From the NCBI GenBank assembly GCA_963795085.1, contig CAWCFX010000001.1:32001-96000 (forward strand): a stretch of DNA of 64,000 bases, given 5' to 3'. This DNA is from an uncultured Gemmatimonadales bacterium (GTDB lineage Bacteria; Gemmatimonadota; Gemmatimonadetes; Gemmatimonadales; GWC2-71-9). Shown piece by piece: positions 18,384 to 27,395 of this stretch (position 1 is the stretch's first letter; every line of letters begins with the position of its first letter). A model generated the notes under the pieces. It was not told the origin of the DNA. It saw only the letters and a program-made list of their open reading frames with translations, and searched no databases. The position numbers and the translations under genes were made by a program.

Positions 18384-19292
18384 TCATGGTGAATCGGTGG
18401 GTGAGGGAAGACGGGCCCGGCCGCGGGCCGGATCGAACCGGCTGCCGGGAGGGAGGACATGGGTGACCAGGCCGGAAACACCGAGCAGGGTCTGGTCCGG
18501 TGGAGTGATACGGGCCTGCCTGGCATCGTAGATGACCACCGATCCGAGGCCGACCACCAGCCAGGTGCCATCGGGGCCGACTTCCAGGGCGGTGCTTTCG
18601 TCAATGCCGACGCCCAGCAGGCCGGGGCGTTCCAGGACCACGCTCAACAGCCGGTTGTGGCGCTCCCGGGCGATGAAATGCTGGTCCACGACCGTGCCAG
18701 GAAGGAATCCGAACCCTGGAGCGATCTCGATGCTTGCCCGGGTGATGCTGGAGAAGGTGTCGCCGTAGTAACCACTGGTATCCGGGGGAGAACGGAGCTG
18801 GTTCCCGGTGATCATGGAGTCCGACATGATGGCGGCGCCCGCAGAGGTTCCGCCGACTACCGCTCCAGCCCGGTAGCGGGCCCGAATGGCACGAAGGACG
18901 GGCGTGCCCTGCAGGACCGCGGTGAGGCGGGCCTGGTCGCCGCCGGTAAACCAGATGCCGGTCGCCCCGGCCACCAGGGCTTCCGCCTGCTCCTGCAGCG
19001 CCTCCTCGCGGGTCACCAGGAGGACCGTGGCGGTCGCACCCAGCGCCTCCAGGTCGGCGGCCTTCTCGCGGCCCGCCTCCAGCGGTGCTCCGCTGGCCAG
19101 CGGCACCACCACGATGCGGGCCGATCCGGCGCCTCCGGCCAGCTGGACGAATCGGCTCACCATGGCCGGCGTTTGTCCGCCGCCGCCCACGATGAACAGG
19201 GAACCCTGGCCGGCTCCCTGGAATGAAAGCGCCGTGGCCGACAGCAGCAGGGTGGTAACGATCACGAGGGTCCCCCTGGCGCACGATGCCAC
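18384..19292 (-). CDS. cphB: Secreted cyanophycinase (peptidase S51)
   Basis: IVGGG, FTGGDQ, GGTSAGA (Ser), DQHF (His), RERHNRL, GIDESTA (Glu); hydrophobic N-terminus; alternative GTG start at 19265 overlaps the IclR stop. Confidence 0.9.
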   Translation of the reverse strand: MASCARGTLVIVTTLLLSATALSFQGAGQGSLFIVGGGGQTPAMVSRFVQLAGGAGSARIVVVPLASGAPLEAGREKAADLEALGATATVLLVTREEALQEQAEALVAGATGIWFTGGDQARLTAVLQGTPVLRAIRARYRAGAVVGGTSAGAAIMSDSMITGNQLRSPPDTSGYYGDTFSSITRASIEIAPGFGFLPGTVVDQHFIARERHNRLLSVVLERPGLLGVGIDESTALEVGPDGTWLVVGLGSVVIYDARQARITPPDQTLLGVSGLVTHVLPPGSRFDPARGRARLPSPTDSP

Positions 19293-20062
19293 CCGGCGCC
19301 CAGGCTCCGGGACACCCGCCCGGCTGCCTCGCCGAGCAGCCGGGCCATGCGGGTTATCGCCTCGGGGCCGAACCGGGCGGCGGGGCCGCCCACGCTCATG
19401 GCCGCGATCACCTGCGCCTCGTGGTTCCGAACCGCCGCGCCCAGCGCCACGTACCCCATCTCCAGCTCTTCGATCGCCGTGGCGTACCCGCGCTCAAGCA
19501 CCGCGGCCAGCTCGGTGCCCAGCCGGGCCTGGCTGGTGATGGTATTCGGCGTGAGCCGGGCCAGCCTGAATCCGGCGGGCCGCTCGGGGCCGAGCGCGGC
19601 CAGGAGGACCTTCCCGGTGGAAGTGGCGTGGGCCGGCCAGCGGCTCCCCACGATGGGCGCCGGGCTGAGCTTGTGCCGGCCCTGGACCTCGTCGAGCACC
19701 AGTACGTCGGTGCCGGCGAGGATCTCGAGGCTGGTGGTTTCCCCGGTCACCCGGGCCAGCTCGACCAGCTCGGCATGCGCGACCCGCTGGAGCGTGTTCG
19801 TTCGCTGCGCCAGCGATCCCAGTTCAATGGCCCTCGGCCCCAGGTGGAAAGTCCCGGTGGTGCGGTTGCGGACCACCAGCCCCTCGCGCTCCAGGGCGGT
19901 CAGGATCCGGAGCGCGGTGCTCCGGGTAAGCGAGACCGAGCGGGCGACATCGGCCAGCGCCCACTCGGGCGCCGCGTCGCTGAAGACGCGCAGGATGCCA
20001 AACGCCCGGGTGAGCGCTTGAGTGCCCTGCTGGGGTCGAGACAATGTGGCACGGATGTTCAC
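19262..20062 (-). CDS. IclR family transcriptional regulator
   Basis: N-terminal HTH; PAHATSTGKVLLA, TPNTIT, RGYA..EE motifs. Confidence 0.93.
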   Translation of the reverse strand: MNIRATLSRPQQGTQALTRAFGILRVFSDAAPEWALADVARSVSLTRSTALRILTALEREGLVVRNRTTGTFHLGPRAIELGSLAQRTNTLQRVAHAELVELARVTGETTSLEILAGTDVLVLDEVQGRHKLSPAPIVGSRWPAHATSTGKVLLAALGPERPAGFRLARLTPNTITSQARLGTELAAVLERGYATAIEELEMGYVALGAAVRNHEAQVIAAMSVGGPAARFGPEAITRMARLLGEAAGRVSRSLGAGWHRAPGGPS

Positions 20063-20071
20063 TATATGGAT
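20057..20071. promoter_or_regulatory. Candidate IclR operator (imperfect palindrome)
   Basis: gttcactatatggat at the IclR start; TTGACG -35 at 20095-20100 on the minus strand. Confidence 0.45.
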
Positions 20072-20139
20072 AATGTCGGGCTCGACAGAGATGCCGTCAA
20101 GACCCTAAGTTCCGGAGCCTCTTATCTTTTCCGGTACCG

Positions 20140-20796
20140 ATGCCGCGAATCTTCTTCTGGGATGCCGACACCCAGCACGACTTCATGCACGCCGACGGCC
20201 GGCTCTACGTCCCCGGCAGCCAGGAGATCATCCCCGCGCTGGCCGGCCTGACCCGGTACGCGCACGACCGCGGCATCCGGATCATCGCGACCGCCGAGGA
20301 TCATCTGGCGGGCCACCGGGAACTGAGCGATCAGCCCGACTACGTGGAGACCTTTCCTCCCCACTGCATGCGGGGCACCCCGGGACAGGCCAGGATCCCG
20401 GAGACGGCGCTGCGGAACCCGCTGGTCCTGGAACCCGAGATCAGCGCCGCCGCGGCCGCCGACCGGGCGCCCGGCCACGACGGCGACCTCCTGTTCCACA
20501 AGCACTGGTTTGATCCCTTCACTAATCCTCACCTGCTGCCGGTTCTGCGGGCGCTCGATCCCGACGTGATCGTGATGTACGGCGTGGCCCAGGACACGAG
20601 CGCCCGGCATGCGGTGGAGGGCCTCGCCCGCCACCGGCCGCACACCCGCCTGTATTTCGTGGTGGATGCCTCCCGCGCCCTGCGGCCGGAGGTCGGAGAG
20701 CACCTGCTCAAGGAGTGGGCGGAAGAGGGCGTCCGGCTGGTTCGGGCCGCCGAGATCCTCGAGGATGGTATCCTGGGCCGGTACCTGGATGCCTGA
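20140..20796 (+). CDS. Isochorismatase / nicotinamidase-like cysteine hydrolase family protein
   Basis: DTQHDF, GRLYVPG, EDH, FPPHC, FHK; nucleophile position reads GVAQDTS. Confidence 0.85.
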   Translation: MPRIFFWDADTQHDFMHADGRLYVPGSQEIIPALAGLTRYAHDRGIRIIATAEDHLAGHRELSDQPDYVETFPPHCMRGTPGQARIPETALRNPLVLEPEISAAAAADRAPGHDGDLLFHKHWFDPFTNPHLLPVLRALDPDVIVMYGVAQDTSARHAVEGLARHRPHTRLYFVVDASRALRPEVGEHLLKEWAEEGVRLVRAAEILEDGILGRYLDA

Positions 20797-21844
20797 ACCG
20801 GCCATCCGCGGCTTTCTCCCCGATATCGCCGATGATGCCGGGCCTGCCGGTGTGCCACGGGCCGAGCCCCTCGCGCTGCAGGCCCTGCTGCGAGACCTCT
20901 TTCGGACCACCCGCCCGGTAGCGCTGGTGCCCGCCTCCTCCGGGGGCATGATGGAAGCCGCTATCCGAAACGGCGTCCAGGAGCGGGTCCTGGTAGTGAT
21001 CGGCGGAGAAGACGGCGCCCGCTTCGCCGGCGTAGCGGAGTCCTGCGGCAAGGACGTAGTCCGGGCCATGGTGCCGCCGGGACGGACCCTGGAAGCCGAG
21101 CACCTGGCCCAGTTTCTCGACGGGCCCGAAGTGGACGCGGTCGCGCTGGTGCATGCGGAGACCTCAACTGGCGCGCTGGCCCCGCTGAGCGACTTGGCGC
21201 GGGTGGTGCACGCCCGGAAGGACGTTCACCTCCTGGTAGATACCACAGGCTCCCTTGGGGCCTCTCCGGTGGAGACCGACGGGTGGCAGCTCGACTTCGC
21301 CTTTTCATCGTCCGAGAAGGGCCTGGCCCTGCCACCCGGACTCGGGCTGGGCGTTGCCAGCAGCCGGCTGCTCGCCCGGGCGGCGAACCTCCCCGGCCGG
21401 GGCCGCTACTTTGACCTCGTTCGCCTCTCCCAGGCGGCTGGCGAAACCGGGTTTCCCGAGATCCTGCCCCACACGGACGCGCTGGCCGCCCGGCTGGAAC
21501 AGATCCGGGCCAGCGGAGGCTTGGAGGCCCGCTGGAAGCGCCACCACGAGATGCTCAACCTGGTCGAGGAGTGGGTTCTGCTCCGACCCCCGTTCCAGCT
21601 GCTCGCGCCGGAGGGCCGGCGATCGTGGTCGGTGTCGTGCCTGCGGCTCCCGCCGGGGCTGGTGGGCGACGAAGTCGTGCAGGCCATGCGGGCAAAAGGG
21701 TGGCGCATCGGGACGGGATGGGGGGATTTGCGGATCTCAACCCTCCGAATCGGCCACATGGGAGAAGCCACACCGGCTGACCTCAGCCATCTCCTGAGCG
21801 ACCTGGGTGAGGTCACGGCCGCGAAACTCGCGCCCAGTATGTGA
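20789..21844 (+). CDS. Class V PLP-dependent aminotransferase (serine/alanine-glyoxylate-like)
   Basis: VHAETSTG, LLVD, SSEKGLALPPG, LRIGHMG; N-terminus looks shortened. Confidence 0.85.
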   Translation: MPEPAIRGFLPDIADDAGPAGVPRAEPLALQALLRDLFRTTRPVALVPASSGGMMEAAIRNGVQERVLVVIGGEDGARFAGVAESCGKDVVRAMVPPGRTLEAEHLAQFLDGPEVDAVALVHAETSTGALAPLSDLARVVHARKDVHLLVDTTGSLGASPVETDGWQLDFAFSSSEKGLALPPGLGLGVASSRLLARAANLPGRGRYFDLVRLSQAAGETGFPEILPHTDALAARLEQIRASGGLEARWKRHHEMLNLVEEWVLLRPPFQLLAPEGRRSWSVSCLRLPPGLVGDEVVQAMRAKGWRIGTGWGDLRISTLRIGHMGEATPADLSHLLSDLGEVTAAKLAPSM

Positions 21845-21881
21845 CATTCTTCACAGCCGGGGGTGGGGGCCGCCCTATCTT
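21840..21881 (+). promoter_or_regulatory. CRP/FNR-family box plus -10 element (class II-like promoter)
   Basis: Perfect TGTGA-cattct-TCACA at 21840-21855; TATCTT at 21876-21881. Confidence 0.7.
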
Positions 21882-21884
21882 AGC

Positions 21885-21973
21885 GAAAGAGCTCTGACGG
21901 CGTTTCCGCAAAGATGCCAGGGCATCGAGAGTAAACGCGGCTTTCGACCCAGGTAGTGCCGTCGGGTTCTTTC
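21885..21973 (+). ncRNA. Candidate structured sRNA 1
   Basis: ~16-bp closing stem 21885-21901/21958-21973 enclosing ccgc/gcgg and gatgcc/ggcatc helices; no ORF. Confidence 0.5.
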
Positions 21974-22064
21974 CCCTCACACCTCCAGTCAGTACAATCC
22001 TCGCTCCTTCCTTCCGACGAACCGGGCTCGCGTTGGCCCGTTTCGGCCGCCCGGCCTCCGGCAA

Positions 22065-22107
22065 TGTGATCCAGTTCACCGCAGGCGCCCCGGCAATGCG
22101 GCATCTT
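22065..22107 (+). promoter_or_regulatory. Second CRP/FNR-family box plus -10-like element
   Basis: TGTGA-tccagt-TCACC at 22065-22080; CATCTT at 22102-22107. Confidence 0.55.
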
Positions 22108-22113
22108 CCGTCA

Positions 22114-22283
22114 CCGAGATAGGCGCAGGGTGGCCGAGAGAGACTACCTGCACTGCCTCCCCACGAGGCGAAGCGCCAGTCTCTTCACATAGATGGACGG
22201 CCGTTGTACGAGATCACTAGCGAAAACGCCGGGCGCCCCCCGCCCACGTTCCAGCTACTCCCGTACAACGGCCGTCTTTTTTT
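22114..22283 (+). ncRNA. Candidate structured sRNA 2
   Basis: gagagact/agtctct stem with inner hairpins, then a 15-bp perfect stem and T7; no credible ORF. Confidence 0.5.
22196..22283 (+). terminator. Large-loop intrinsic terminator-like hairpin
   Basis: gacggccgttgtacg / cgtacaacggccgtc perfect 15-bp inverted repeat followed by TTTTTTT. Confidence 0.7.
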
Positions 22284-22303
22284 CATCCATTCCCTGACGC
22301 CGG

Positions 22304-23617
22304 CTACCGCTTCTCTTTTCCATTACCGGCCAGCTTGAACCGCTGGACCGACGTGGTCAGCTTTCCGCTGGCGGTGGCCAACTGGGTCGCCGAGTGGGCG
22401 ATCTCCACCGTGGAGGCGCTCAGCTCCTGGGCGGAGGCCGCGATCTCTTCGGCGGCGGCCGCAAACTCCTCGGTTCCCTCGGTGACCCCACTCATCCGGT
22501 TGGCGATCCCGTCCACCAGCTGGCGCACTTCGCCGGCGGAGGTCGAGATCTGGCGGGTCCACAGGTCGTTGGCCTCGGCTTCACTCGCGACCTGGCTTAA
22601 CCCGAGGACGGCGGTGTTGGCGGCGTCCCGGGCGGCCGCTCCGCCCTGGCCCAGCCGGAGCAGCCGGTCGCGGGCCGTCTTTACCCGGGCTTGCACCAGG
22701 TCGACCGTCTGGCTGGTCGTGGTGGCCGCCTGGGCGGCCTGCCCCGCCAGCTTGCGCACCTCTTCGGCGACCACCGCGAATCCCCGCCCCTCGGAGCCGG
22801 CCCGGGCGGCCTCGATGCCGGCGTTGAGCGCGAGCATGTGAGTCTGCCGGGCGATGGCCTTGGTCTGGGCCACGAATTTTTCGATCTCTTCCGATGCGGT
22901 GGCGAGGGCTTCCGCCTCGGTGGCCCCCAGCTCGATCTCCTCGGTGAGACTGCGCAGCTGGAGGGAACTGGCGTTCAACTGGTCCTGGTGGGACCGGGCA
23001 GTGCGCGCGAGCGAGGCGTTCCGGTCGGCGGCCTCCCGGGCGCCCTCGGCGAGTGTGCGGGCGATGGTGAGGATCCGGGCGGCGTCCTGGGCGGCCTCCC
23101 GCACCAGGGCCGCCTGCTTGTTGGCCCGGTCGGTCAGGTCCCCACAGGTTCCCGCGACCTCCTGGGTGGAGGCGCTCATCTGCTGGGTCGAGGCGGAAAT
23201 CTGGGTGGCCAGCGTCACGGCATCGCCGGCCGAGGTTCTGATGGACTCGACCAGCCCCCGCAGTTCGGAAACCATGAAGTTCACGCCGTCCACCAGGGTG
23301 AGCACTTCGCCGCTGGCCTGGTGCACCGCCACCCTGTCCCGGGTCAGGTCGCCCTGGGCGACGTCGCCCACGGTGGCGTCCAGCGTGACCAGCGGCTGGA
23401 CCACCCGCCGCTTCAGCCGGAGGACGATGTAGGCGAGGGTGATCCCCATGATCCCGCCGATCAGCAGGAGCTGTCTCCAGCTTCGGGTCACCAGGCTCAG
23501 CGGGGTCATCCCCAGCGCCTGGCTGAAAAGCAGGATGACGAGTACGAGGAATACCAGGGTCGCTCCGACCGCCAGCAGCGACATCATGCGAATCAGGGAG
23601 TAGCTCTTCTTAGCCAT
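22304..23617 (-). CDS. Methyl-accepting chemotaxis protein (2 TM, HAMP, signalling domain)
   Basis: [37 protein letters not shown]. Confidence 0.93.
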   Translation of the reverse strand: MAKKSYSLIRMMSLLAVGATLVFLVLVILLFSQALGMTPLSLVTRSWRQLLLIGGIMGITLAYIVLRLKRRVVQPLVTLDATVGDVAQGDLTRDRVAVHQASGEVLTLVDGVNFMVSELRGLVESIRTSAGDAVTLATQISASTQQMSASTQEVAGTCGDLTDRANKQAALVREAAQDAARILTIARTLAEGAREAADRNASLARTARSHQDQLNASSLQLRSLTEEIELGATEAEALATASEEIEKFVAQTKAIARQTHMLALNAGIEAARAGSEGRGFAVVAEEVRKLAGQAAQAATTTSQTVDLVQARVKTARDRLLRLGQGGAAARDAANTAVLGLSQVASEAEANDLWTRQISTSAGEVRQLVDGIANRMSGVTEGTEEFAAAAEEIAASAQELSASTVEIAHSATQLATASGKLTTSVQRFKLAGNGKEKR

Positions 23618-23724
23618 TGACCGGTTCGGGGAGGATGGCGGAAGCTAGAAGAACGGGGGCAAGCGGGCCAGTGGCCCGGAAGGCCGCGCTGCCGCCCTGC
23701 CCGCGGGCCGTCTAGATTCCCGGC

Positions 23725-26163
23725 ATGTCCGAAGCGATTTATCAGCCCGATGCCGTCGAGGCCAAGTGGCAGGCCCGCTGGGCGGAGCGGCGCACCAACG
23801 AGCCCGATCTGGCCGGGGCGGCACGGCCTTTCTACAACCTCATGATGTTTCCCTATCCCTCCGCGGAGGGGCTGCACGTGGGGAACATGTTCGCCTTTAC
23901 CGGCAGCGATATCTACGGCCGGTTCAAGCGGCTGCAGGGCTACCAGGTCTTCGAGCCGATCGGGTTCGATGCTTTCGGCATCCACTCCGAGAACTTCGCC
24001 ATCAAGCAGGGCATTCATCCCGGCGAGCTGATCCCCCGGAACATCACGACCTTCCGGCGGCAGCTGCGGCGCATCGGGGGCATGTTCGACTGGCGGCACG
24101 AACTGTCCACCACGGATCCCGGGTACTACCGCTGGACCCAGTGGATTTTCCTGCAGCTGTTCAAGCATGGCAAGGCCTACAAGAAACGGGGCGCCGTCAA
24201 CTGGTGCCCCGAGTGCAAGACCGTCCTGGCCAATGAACAGGTCATCAATGGCTTCTGCGAACGCCATCCGGAGACCCGGGTGGAGCAGCGGTTGCTGGAG
24301 CAGTGGTTCTTCCGGATCAGCGAGTATGCGCCCCGGCTGCTCGACAACCTGGACCGGCTCGACTGGTCGGACAGCACCCGGCAGGCCCAGCGAAACTGGC
24401 TGGGCCGCTCCGAAGGCGCCCAGGTCGTGTTCGAGGCGACGGACCCCGCGGGCTCCGGGGTGCCCCTGGACGTGTTCACCACCCGGCCCGATACCATTTT
24501 TGGGGCCACCTACCTCGTGCTGGCCCCGGAGCATCCCGCCGTCACGGGCCTGACCGGGCCGGCGCAGGCGGCCGCCGTGCGCGCCTATCTCGAGCGCACC
24601 GCCGGGATGGACCTGGTGACCAGGAAAACGGTCAAGGAAAAGACCGGCGAGTTTCTCGGTACTTACGCCATCAACCCGGCCACCGGGCACCGTATCCCGG
24701 TGTGGATCGCCGACTACGTCCTGACCGATTACGGCACCGGGGCCATCATGGCCGTGCCGGGCCACGATGAACGCGACTTCGAGTTCGCCCGGAAGTTTGG
24801 TCTCCCGGTTACCCGGGTGGTCGCCGGGCCGGGCCAGGACGGGGGCACCCCGCTCGAGGAGCCGTACACCGATGCCGAGGGAGTGCTGGTGAACTCGGGC
24901 AGCCTGGACGGCATGCCGGTCCCGGAGGCAATCCGGGCGGCGGTGGCCATGCTGGCGGCAAGGGGAGCCGGGCGGGGCGTGGTCAACTACAGGCTTCACG
25001 ATTGGTGCATCTCCCGGCAGCGCTACTGGGGCCCGCCCATCCCGATCATCTATTGCGATCGCTGCGGGACCGTACCGGTGCCGGAACGCGACCTGCCGGT
25101 CATCCTCCCCCCGATCGACGACTTCCGCCCTGACGATACCGGCGTCTCGCCCCTCGCCCGGCACGAAGAGTGGTACTACGTGCCCTGCCCCGCCTGCGGC
25201 GAGCGGGCCCGCCGGGAGACCGATGTTTCCGACACCTTCCTGGATTCCTCGTGGTACTACCTGCGGTATCCGAGCACCGAGTTCGCGGACCGGCCGTTCG
25301 ACCCGGCGCTGTCCCGGAAATGGCTCCCGGTCGCGACCTATATCGGGGGCAACGAGCACGCGGTGCTCCACCTGCTCTATTCCCGGTTCATCGCGATGGT
25401 GCTGCAGGAGGCGGGGCTGGTGGAGTTCGAAGAGCCGTTCACCCGGTTCCGGGCCCACGGTACGATCGTGAAAGATGGCGCCAAGATGTCCAAGTCGCGG
25501 GGCAACGTGGTGGTACCCGACGAGTACATCAACCGCTGGGGCGCCGACACCTTCCGCATGTACCTCATGTCGCTGGGCCCCTTCCAGGAGGGTGGCGATT
25601 TCCGGGACGCGGGGATCAGCGGGCCCCGCCGGTTCCTGGACAAGGTCTGGCAGCTGGTCTCGGAAACGCTGGCGACCGATGCCTGCGGTGAGATCACCCA
25701 CCGGGTGCTGGTCAAGTGGCATCGGACCAAGGCCAAGGTGGCCGAGGACATGGAGGAGCTCAAGTACAACACCGCCATCGCGGCGATGATGGAGCTGGTC
25801 AACGCCCTCCGGGAGGAAAACTGCTGTGAGCGGCAGATCGTGGAAGACCTGGTCGTGATGCTGGCGCCGATTACGCCCCACTTCGCCGAGGAGAACTGGG
25901 AGCGGCTCGGCCACGGCGGATCGGTGTTCGAGGCCCGCTGGCCCGGGTGGGATTCCGCACTGCTGGTGGAGGGGACGGTAGAGGTGGTGGTCCAGGTGGG
26001 AGGCAAGACCCGCAGCAAGGTCTCGGTGCCGCGCAACGCGGGGCAGGACGAGGTGCTCGCCGCCGCCCTCGGCGACGAGGCCACCCGCCGGTTTACGGAT
26101 GGCAGGTCGACCCGGAAAGTCGTCTATGTCCCCAACCGCTTGATCAACATCGTGGTCCAGTAG
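23725..26163 (+). CDS. leuS: Leucine--tRNA ligase
   Basis: MFPYPS.EGLHVGN (HIGH-like), FTTRPDT, GTGAIMAVPGHDERD, DWCISRQRYWG, KMSKS. Confidence 0.98.
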   Translation: MSEAIYQPDAVEAKWQARWAERRTNEPDLAGAARPFYNLMMFPYPSAEGLHVGNMFAFTGSDIYGRFKRLQGYQVFEPIGFDAFGIHSENFAIKQGIHPGELIPRNITTFRRQLRRIGGMFDWRHELSTTDPGYYRWTQWIFLQLFKHGKAYKKRGAVNWCPECKTVLANEQVINGFCERHPETRVEQRLLEQWFFRISEYAPRLLDNLDRLDWSDSTRQAQRNWLGRSEGAQVVFEATDPAGSGVPLDVFTTRPDTIFGATYLVLAPEHPAVTGLTGPAQAAAVRAYLERTAGMDLVTRKTVKEKTGEFLGTYAINPATGHRIPVWIADYVLTDYGTGAIMAVPGHDERDFEFARKFGLPVTRVVAGPGQDGGTPLEEPYTDAEGVLVNSGSLDGMPVPEAIRAAVAMLAARGAGRGVVNYRLHDWCISRQRYWGPPIPIIYCDRCGTVPVPERDLPVILPPIDDFRPDDTGVSPLARHEEWYYVPCPACGERARRETDVSDTFLDSSWYYLRYPSTEFADRPFDPALSRKWLPVATYIGGNEHAVLHLLYSRFIAMVLQEAGLVEFEEPFTRFRAHGTIVKDGAKMSKSRGNVVVPDEYINRWGADTFRMYLMSLGPFQEGGDFRDAGISGPRRFLDKVWQLVSETLATDACGEITHRVLVKWHRTKAKVAEDMEELKYNTAIAAMMELVNALREENCCERQIVEDLVVMLAPITPHFAEENWERLGHGGSVFEARWPGWDSALLVEGTVEVVVQVGGKTRSKVSVPRNAGQDEVLAAALGDEATRRFTDGRSTRKVVYVPNRLINIVVQ

Positions 26164-26176
26164 CCGGGCGGGCCGG

Positions 26177-27298
26177 CTACAGCAGCTTCACCAGCCACTC
26201 ACCGACGAAGTACCCCACGATCGCCACACCGAGACCCACGATGAACATATCCATGCCGCTCTTGATGACGCCGCGCCCGGTGAAGAAGCTGCGCGCGGCG
26301 CCCACGCCGAAGTGGGAGAGCATGGAGATGGCGAAGGACGTCCAGATTGCCGACGGGCCCGTCAGGAACAGGAACGGCGCGACGGGAATGAACGCGCCGA
26401 AGGCGGTCGCGGTCCCGGTGATCCATGCTTCCCGCAGCGGGGTGGAACTGGCCTCGCCGATCTTGAGTTCCTCGCGGACTTTCTCCTCGAGGGCCCGGTC
26501 GGGATCGGTCATCACCGAGGTCGCCAGCGCCGAGGCCTGTTCCTCCGGAATCCCCTTGGCCTGGTAGAGCAGGGAAAGCTCTTCGCGTTCGATTTCCGGC
26601 ATCAGCCGGATCTCTTCCTTTTCCATCGCGATTTCGTGCTCGAACACCTCCCGCTCGCTCTTGGCGGCGAGGTAGCCCGAGGACCCCATCGACAGGGCAT
26701 CGGCGACCATGCCGGCGACCCCGGCCACCATGACGGCGTGGCCGGTGGTGCCGAGCGACTCCTGAGCGCCGATCATCCCGGCCACCAGCCCGAAATTGGC
26801 CGTGAGACCGTCGTTGAATCCGTACACCACGTTCCGGAGGAAGCCGCCGGCCCCGGTCTTGTGCCAGGGTTCGCTGCTCGCGCCGCTCAGCCCCGCCAGC
26901 GACTCGGCGTGCTGGGCCGATTCCCGGGCCAGGGTGAGCGCGGTCGGCGCGACGGCGCTTTCCGGAGACTGCCGATAGAGGCTGAGGTAACTCTTGACCT
27001 CCCGCCCCTCCTCTTCGAGCAGCATGGGAAGCACCGACCGAACGCCGAACTTCCGGGCGATCCAGATAGTGGTACGCGCCCTGAGGCTGGGACGATGATC
27101 GGGGACCGCATGGCCATGTTCCCGCAGCAGTTGCGCCCACATGGCGACATGGCGGTCCTCGACATCCGAGAGACGGCGGTAGATGTCTGCCCGCTTCGGG
27201 TCCGGCTCGGCGGCCGCTAGTTCCCGATACAGGAACGAAGCGTCAGCTTCGTCGGCAAAGTGATGCAGCCAGTTTGATGGGGCGGGAGACGGGGCCAT
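26177..27298 (-). CDS. VIT1/CCC1 transporter with N-terminal ferritin/rubrerythrin-like domain
   Basis: ExxH motifs (EDRH), RNVVYGFNDGL, ALSMGSSGYLAAKSE. Confidence 0.9.
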   Translation of the reverse strand: MAPSPAPSNWLHHFADEADASFLYRELAAAEPDPKRADIYRRLSDVEDRHVAMWAQLLREHGHAVPDHRPSLRARTTIWIARKFGVRSVLPMLLEEEGREVKSYLSLYRQSPESAVAPTALTLARESAQHAESLAGLSGASSEPWHKTGAGGFLRNVVYGFNDGLTANFGLVAGMIGAQESLGTTGHAVMVAGVAGMVADALSMGSSGYLAAKSEREVFEHEIAMEKEEIRLMPEIEREELSLLYQAKGIPEEQASALATSVMTDPDRALEEKVREELKIGEASSTPLREAWITGTATAFGAFIPVAPFLFLTGPSAIWTSFAISMLSHFGVGAARSFFTGRGVIKSGMDMFIVGLGVAIVGYFVGEWLVKLL

Positions 27299-27395
27299 GG
27301 GGGAAATCTAACCGGTCCGCTTGACGGCCCGGTGTCGCGGGGGGCATACTGACTGGGCGGCCCCGGCCGCATGCCCCCACTCCAGGAGAGTTCCC

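Noticed and set aside
22000..22030. SRP RNA-like GGAAGGAAGGAGC on the minus strand
   Set aside because: Lacks the CAGG/AGCAG helix-8 internal loop and the enclosing long hairpin
21885..22283. tmRNA, RNase P, 6S RNA or a known riboswitch
   Set aside because: No tRNA-like ends, no GAGGAAAGUCC, and no recognisable aptamer consensus on either strand; no downstream co-oriented gene for a cis role
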